NCBI RefSeq assembly: GCF_005080705.1 | Contig: NZ_CP032996.1 | Coordinates: 270,001 to 302,000 of the forward strand | Direction of reading: 5' to 3' | DNA from: Buchnera aphidicola (Therioaphis trifolii) | GTDB taxonomy: Bacteria > Pseudomonadota > Gammaproteobacteria > Enterobacterales > Enterobacteriaceae | Length of the DNA: 32,000 nucleotides | Translations under genes and position numbers: made by a program | Notes under the pieces: model-generated | Databases searched by the model: none | What the model was told of the DNA's origin: nothing | What the model saw: the letters and a program-made list of their open reading frames with translations, nothing else | Shown here: piece by piece, positions 29,695 to 32,000 of the stretch | Position numbering within the stretch: position 1 is the first letter of the stretch | Layout: each line of letters opens with the position of its first letter

Positions 29695-30360
29695 TTATGT
29701 AATATTATTTATTTTTTTAATACCATTATTGGTACTAATTAAAATTAAATCAGGTTTTTTAATTGCAAACAATCCTACTGTAACAATTCCAGGAAAAGAA
29801 TTAAGAATATTTTCCATTTTAACTGGATTTTTTAAATTTAAATTATAAATATCAATAATAATATTACCTTGATCTGTAATAAAACCTTTTCGATATTTAG
29901 GAAAACCACCTAATTGTATTATTTTTTGAAATATATAAGTATATGCAATAGGTATAATTTCAATAGGTAATGGAAATAATCCAAGTTGATTAACTAATTT
30001 AGATTCATCAATAATACAAATAAATTTTTTAGATATTGAAGCTATAATTTTTTCTTTAGTTAATGCTCCACCACCACCTTTAATCATTTGCATATTATAG
30101 TTAATTTCATCTGCACTATCTATATAAATAATTGGATCAGAAATAGTATTAATTTCAAAAACTTTGATTCCATAATTTTTTAATATTATTGTAGTATGAT
30201 ATGAACTAGATACTGCACCAAGAATTTTTTTTTTAGATTTATAAAAAGCTTTAATAAAATATGAAATAGTTGAACCAGTACCAAATCCAATAATAACATT
30301 ATCAGGAATATAATCTAATACAGCTAAAGCAACTTTTTTTTTTAACTGATTATAATTCAT
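29695..30360 (-). CDS. rpiA: ribose-5-phosphate isomerase A
   Basis: 221-aa ORF. ..LKKKVALAVLDYI.....IGFGTGST..YFI.A, GAVSSS, DSADEIN..MQMIKGGGGALTKEKIIAS..KKFICIIDESK and PGIVTVGLFA closely parallel E. coli RpiA. Confidence 0.96.
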   Translation of the reverse strand: MNYNQLKKKVALAVLDYIPDNVIIGFGTGSTISYFIKAFYKSKKKILGAVSSSYHTTIILKNYGIKVFEINTISDPIIYIDSADEINYNMQMIKGGGGALTKEKIIASISKKFICIIDESKLVNQLGLFPLPIEIIPIAYTYIFQKIIQLGGFPKYRKGFITDQGNIIIDIYNLNLKNPVKMENILNSFPGIVTVGLFAIKKPDLILISTNNGIKKINNIT

Positions 30361-30466
30361 ATATAATATAATGATTCAAAAAATATTTTAAATTTAAATT
30401 ATATAAATTTAAATAATATAATAAAAAATAAAAAATTTATTATTTTTTTTAATATTTTATAAAAAA

Positions 30467-30537
30467 CTGGGGTACCTGGATTCGAACCAGGGATGCCGGT
30501 ATCAAAAACCGGTGCCTTGCCACTTGGCTATACCCCA
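30467..30537 (-). tRNA. glnU: tRNA-Gln (anticodon UUG), no encoded CCA
   Basis: The reverse complement reads TGGGGTATAGCCAAGTGGCAAGGCACCGGTTTTTGATACCGGCATCCCTGGTTCGAATCCAGGTACCCCAG. It is near-identical to E. coli tRNA-Gln(UUG), including the U1-A72 pair. The variable loop is one nt shorter. Confidence 0.92.
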
Positions 30538-30546
30538 AAATGAAAA

Positions 30547-30631
30547 TACGGGAGGCGAGATTTGAACTCGCAAACCTCTAAAAGGCGTCAGATCCTAAAT
30601 CTGGTGCGTCTACCTATTTCGCCACTCCCGT
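30547..30631 (-). tRNA. leuW: tRNA-Leu (anticodon UAG), no encoded CCA
   Basis: The reverse complement reads ACGGGAGTGGCGAAATAGGTAGACGCACCAGATTTAGGATCTGACGCC..GCGAGTTCAAATCTCGCCTCCCGTA. Anticodon loop is TTTAGGA (TAG). It resembles E. coli leuW. There is a C27/A43 mismatch at the top of the anticodon stem. Confidence 0.9.
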
Positions 30632-30635
30632 AAAA

Positions 30636-30709
30636 TGGCTACAATGGGAATTGAACCCATAACCTCAGCGTTATGAATGCTGTGCTCTAACCAATTGAGC
30701 TATATAGCC
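30636..30709 (-). tRNA. metT: tRNA-Met, elongator type (anticodon CAU), no encoded CCA
   Basis: The reverse complement reads GGCTATATAGCTCAATTGGTTAGAGCACAGCATTCATAACGCTGAGGTTATGGGTTCAATTCCCATTGTAGCCA. The acceptor and D-arm resemble E. coli elongator tRNA-Met, not initiator or Ile2. It is first in a Met-Leu-Gln cluster, as in the E. coli metT-leuW-glnU operon. There is an A31/C39 mismatch. Confidence 0.85.
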
Positions 30710-30718
30710 TTATTTGGA

Positions 30719-30746
30719 ATTATACTATTTAATATGATTTTGTCAA
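30719..30746 (-). promoter_or_regulatory. consensus sigma-70 promoter for the tRNA Met-Leu-Gln operon
   Basis: The minus strand reads TTGACA (30746..30741), a 16-nt spacer, then TATAAT (30724..30719). Both hexamers match consensus perfectly. The -10 hexamer ends 9 nt upstream of the mature 5' end of tRNA-Met (30709). Confidence 0.6.
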
Positions 30747-30831
30747 CAAATTGTTAAATTAAAAAATAAAATATTAATAAAAAAATTTTAATAAAATATA
30801 AAAAAATATTTTTAAAATAAATAAGGTTAAA

Positions 30832-32000
30832 ATGAAAGAAAATAATAAAGAAAATACTAGTTTTATACATAAAAAAGTTGAAAAATTTTTAAAAAAAAAT
30901 AACAATCAAAAATTACGTACTCGTTTTCCTCCAGATCCTAATGGATATTTACATATTGGACATGCAAAATCATTATATATTAATTTTTCTATTGCTAAAA
31001 AATATCATGGAATATGTAATTTAAGATTTGATGATACTAATCCAAATAAAAATCATATTAAATATATTAATGCTATAAAAAAAGACATAATATGGTTGGG
31101 TTTTAAATGGAATAAAAGTATCAAATATACTTCTATGTATTTTAATAAAATTTATCAATATGCATTAATATTAATTAAAAAAAAATTAGCATATGTAGAT
31201 AAATTAAAAAAACATGAAATTCGTAAATATCGAGGAACATTAAATAAACCAGGAATAAATAGTCCTTATAGAAATCAAAGTATTGAAGAAAATCTTATAT
31301 TATTTGAAAATATGAGATTAGGAAATTTTCCAGAAGGAACAGTATGTTTAAGAGCTAAAATAAATATGAAATCTTCATTTATTGTTATGAGAGATCCTGT
31401 ATTATATAGAATAAAATTTATAACACATCATAAAACAAAAAATAAATGGTGTATTTACCCTACATATGATTTTTCACATTGTATATCTGATACTTTAGAA
31501 AAAATTACTCATTCTTTATGTACTTTAGAATTTGAGAATAACAAAAAATTATATAATTGGATATTAAAAAACATTAATATAAAAAATGCTTCTAAACAAT
31601 ATGAATATTCAAGATTAAATTTAGAATATTGTATACTTTCAAAAAGAAAATTAAAATTATTAATTGATAATAAAATTATTAATCATTGGGATGATCCAAG
31701 ATTACATACTATTTCTGGTTTAAGAAGAAGAGGATATACAGCATCATCAATACGAAATTTTTGTAAAAATATAGGAATTACTAAACAGGAAAATTTAATC
31801 GAAATAAAATCATTAGAATCATGTATTCGAAAAGAATTAAATAATTATGCTTATAGAAATATGGCTGTATTAGAACCAATAAAAATCATTATATGTAATA
31901 TTTCGAATGAATATATAGAAAATATAAATATTTTAAATCATCCAAAAAACGAAAAAATGGGATTTCGAAATATTATTTTTACTAATGTTTTATATATAGA
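30832..32000 (+). CDS. glnS: glutamine--tRNA ligase, N-terminal ~389 codons; the gene continues past the window end
   Basis: Not in the ORF track because it runs off the edge. My translation from the ATG at 30832 reads [62 protein letters not shown].. and later ..ILSKRKL (the KMSKS-type motif). All of these match E. coli GlnRS. An AAGG Shine-Dalgarno lies upstream. Confidence 0.93.
   Translation, partial: MKENNKENTSFIHKKVEKFLKKNNNQKLRTRFPPDPNGYLHIGHAKSLYINFSIAKKYHGICNLRFDDTNPNKNHIKYINAIKKDIIWLGFKWNKSIKYTSMYFNKIYQYALILIKKKLAYVDKLKKHEIRKYRGTLNKPGINSPYRNQSIEENLILFENMRLGNFPEGTVCLRAKINMKSSFIVMRDPVLYRIKFITHHKTKNKWCIYPTYDFSHCISDTLEKITHSLCTLEFENNKKLYNWILKNINIKNASKQYEYSRLNLEYCILSKRKLKLLIDNKIINHWDDPRLHTISGLRRRGYTASSIRNFCKNIGITKQENLIEIKSLESCIRKELNNYAYRNMAVLEPIKIIICNISNEYIENINILNHPKNEKMGFRNIIFTNVLYI

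Overview
This window is a gene-dense, extremely A+T-rich block of housekeeping genes. It looks like part of a strongly reduced gammaproteobacterial insect endosymbiont genome, most like Buchnera aphidicola of the very small Lachninae-type lineages. That call rests on gene content, protein similarity to E. coli and gene order, not on a database search.

I call 32 protein genes, two of them cut by the window edges and absent from the ORF track: valS at the left and glnS at the right. I also call 6 tRNA genes. By my coordinates about 3.4 kb (roughly 11%) lies outside genes.

Gene order follows E. coli closely:
- valS / argI-ridA
- deaD-pnp-rpsO-truB-rbfA-infB-nusA-leuU-secG-ftsH-rlmE-greA, all on the minus strand
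- an inverted ibaG-rplU-rpmA-obgE block
- rplM-rpsI
- pheA-ffh-rpsP-rimM-trmD-rplS
- aroQ, rluD
- alaS-csrA-tRNASer-tRNAArg
- rpiA, tRNAMet-Leu-Gln, glnS

Many ancestral neighbours are cleanly deleted.

I found no mobile elements, CRISPR arrays, integrases, toxin or defence-like ORFs, rRNA, or unexplained long ORFs. I therefore do not think the window holds a novel multi-gene system.

The points worth a second look all concern genome reduction and non-coding structure:
- an all-A/T hairpin with 30 paired positions upstream of rplU
- a 32-bp perfect palindrome between pnp and deaD
- a perfect consensus sigma-70 promoter in front of the tRNA operon
- a few G/C-containing terminator hairpins at operon ends
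- loss of the Phe-sensing motifs in pheA
- domain losses in rluD and nusA
- many in-frame homopolymer tracts of 10 nt or more
- tRNA genes with no encoded CCA

The seven short ORFs in the track that overlap real genes or tRNAs are rejected as artefacts of A+T-rich sequence.
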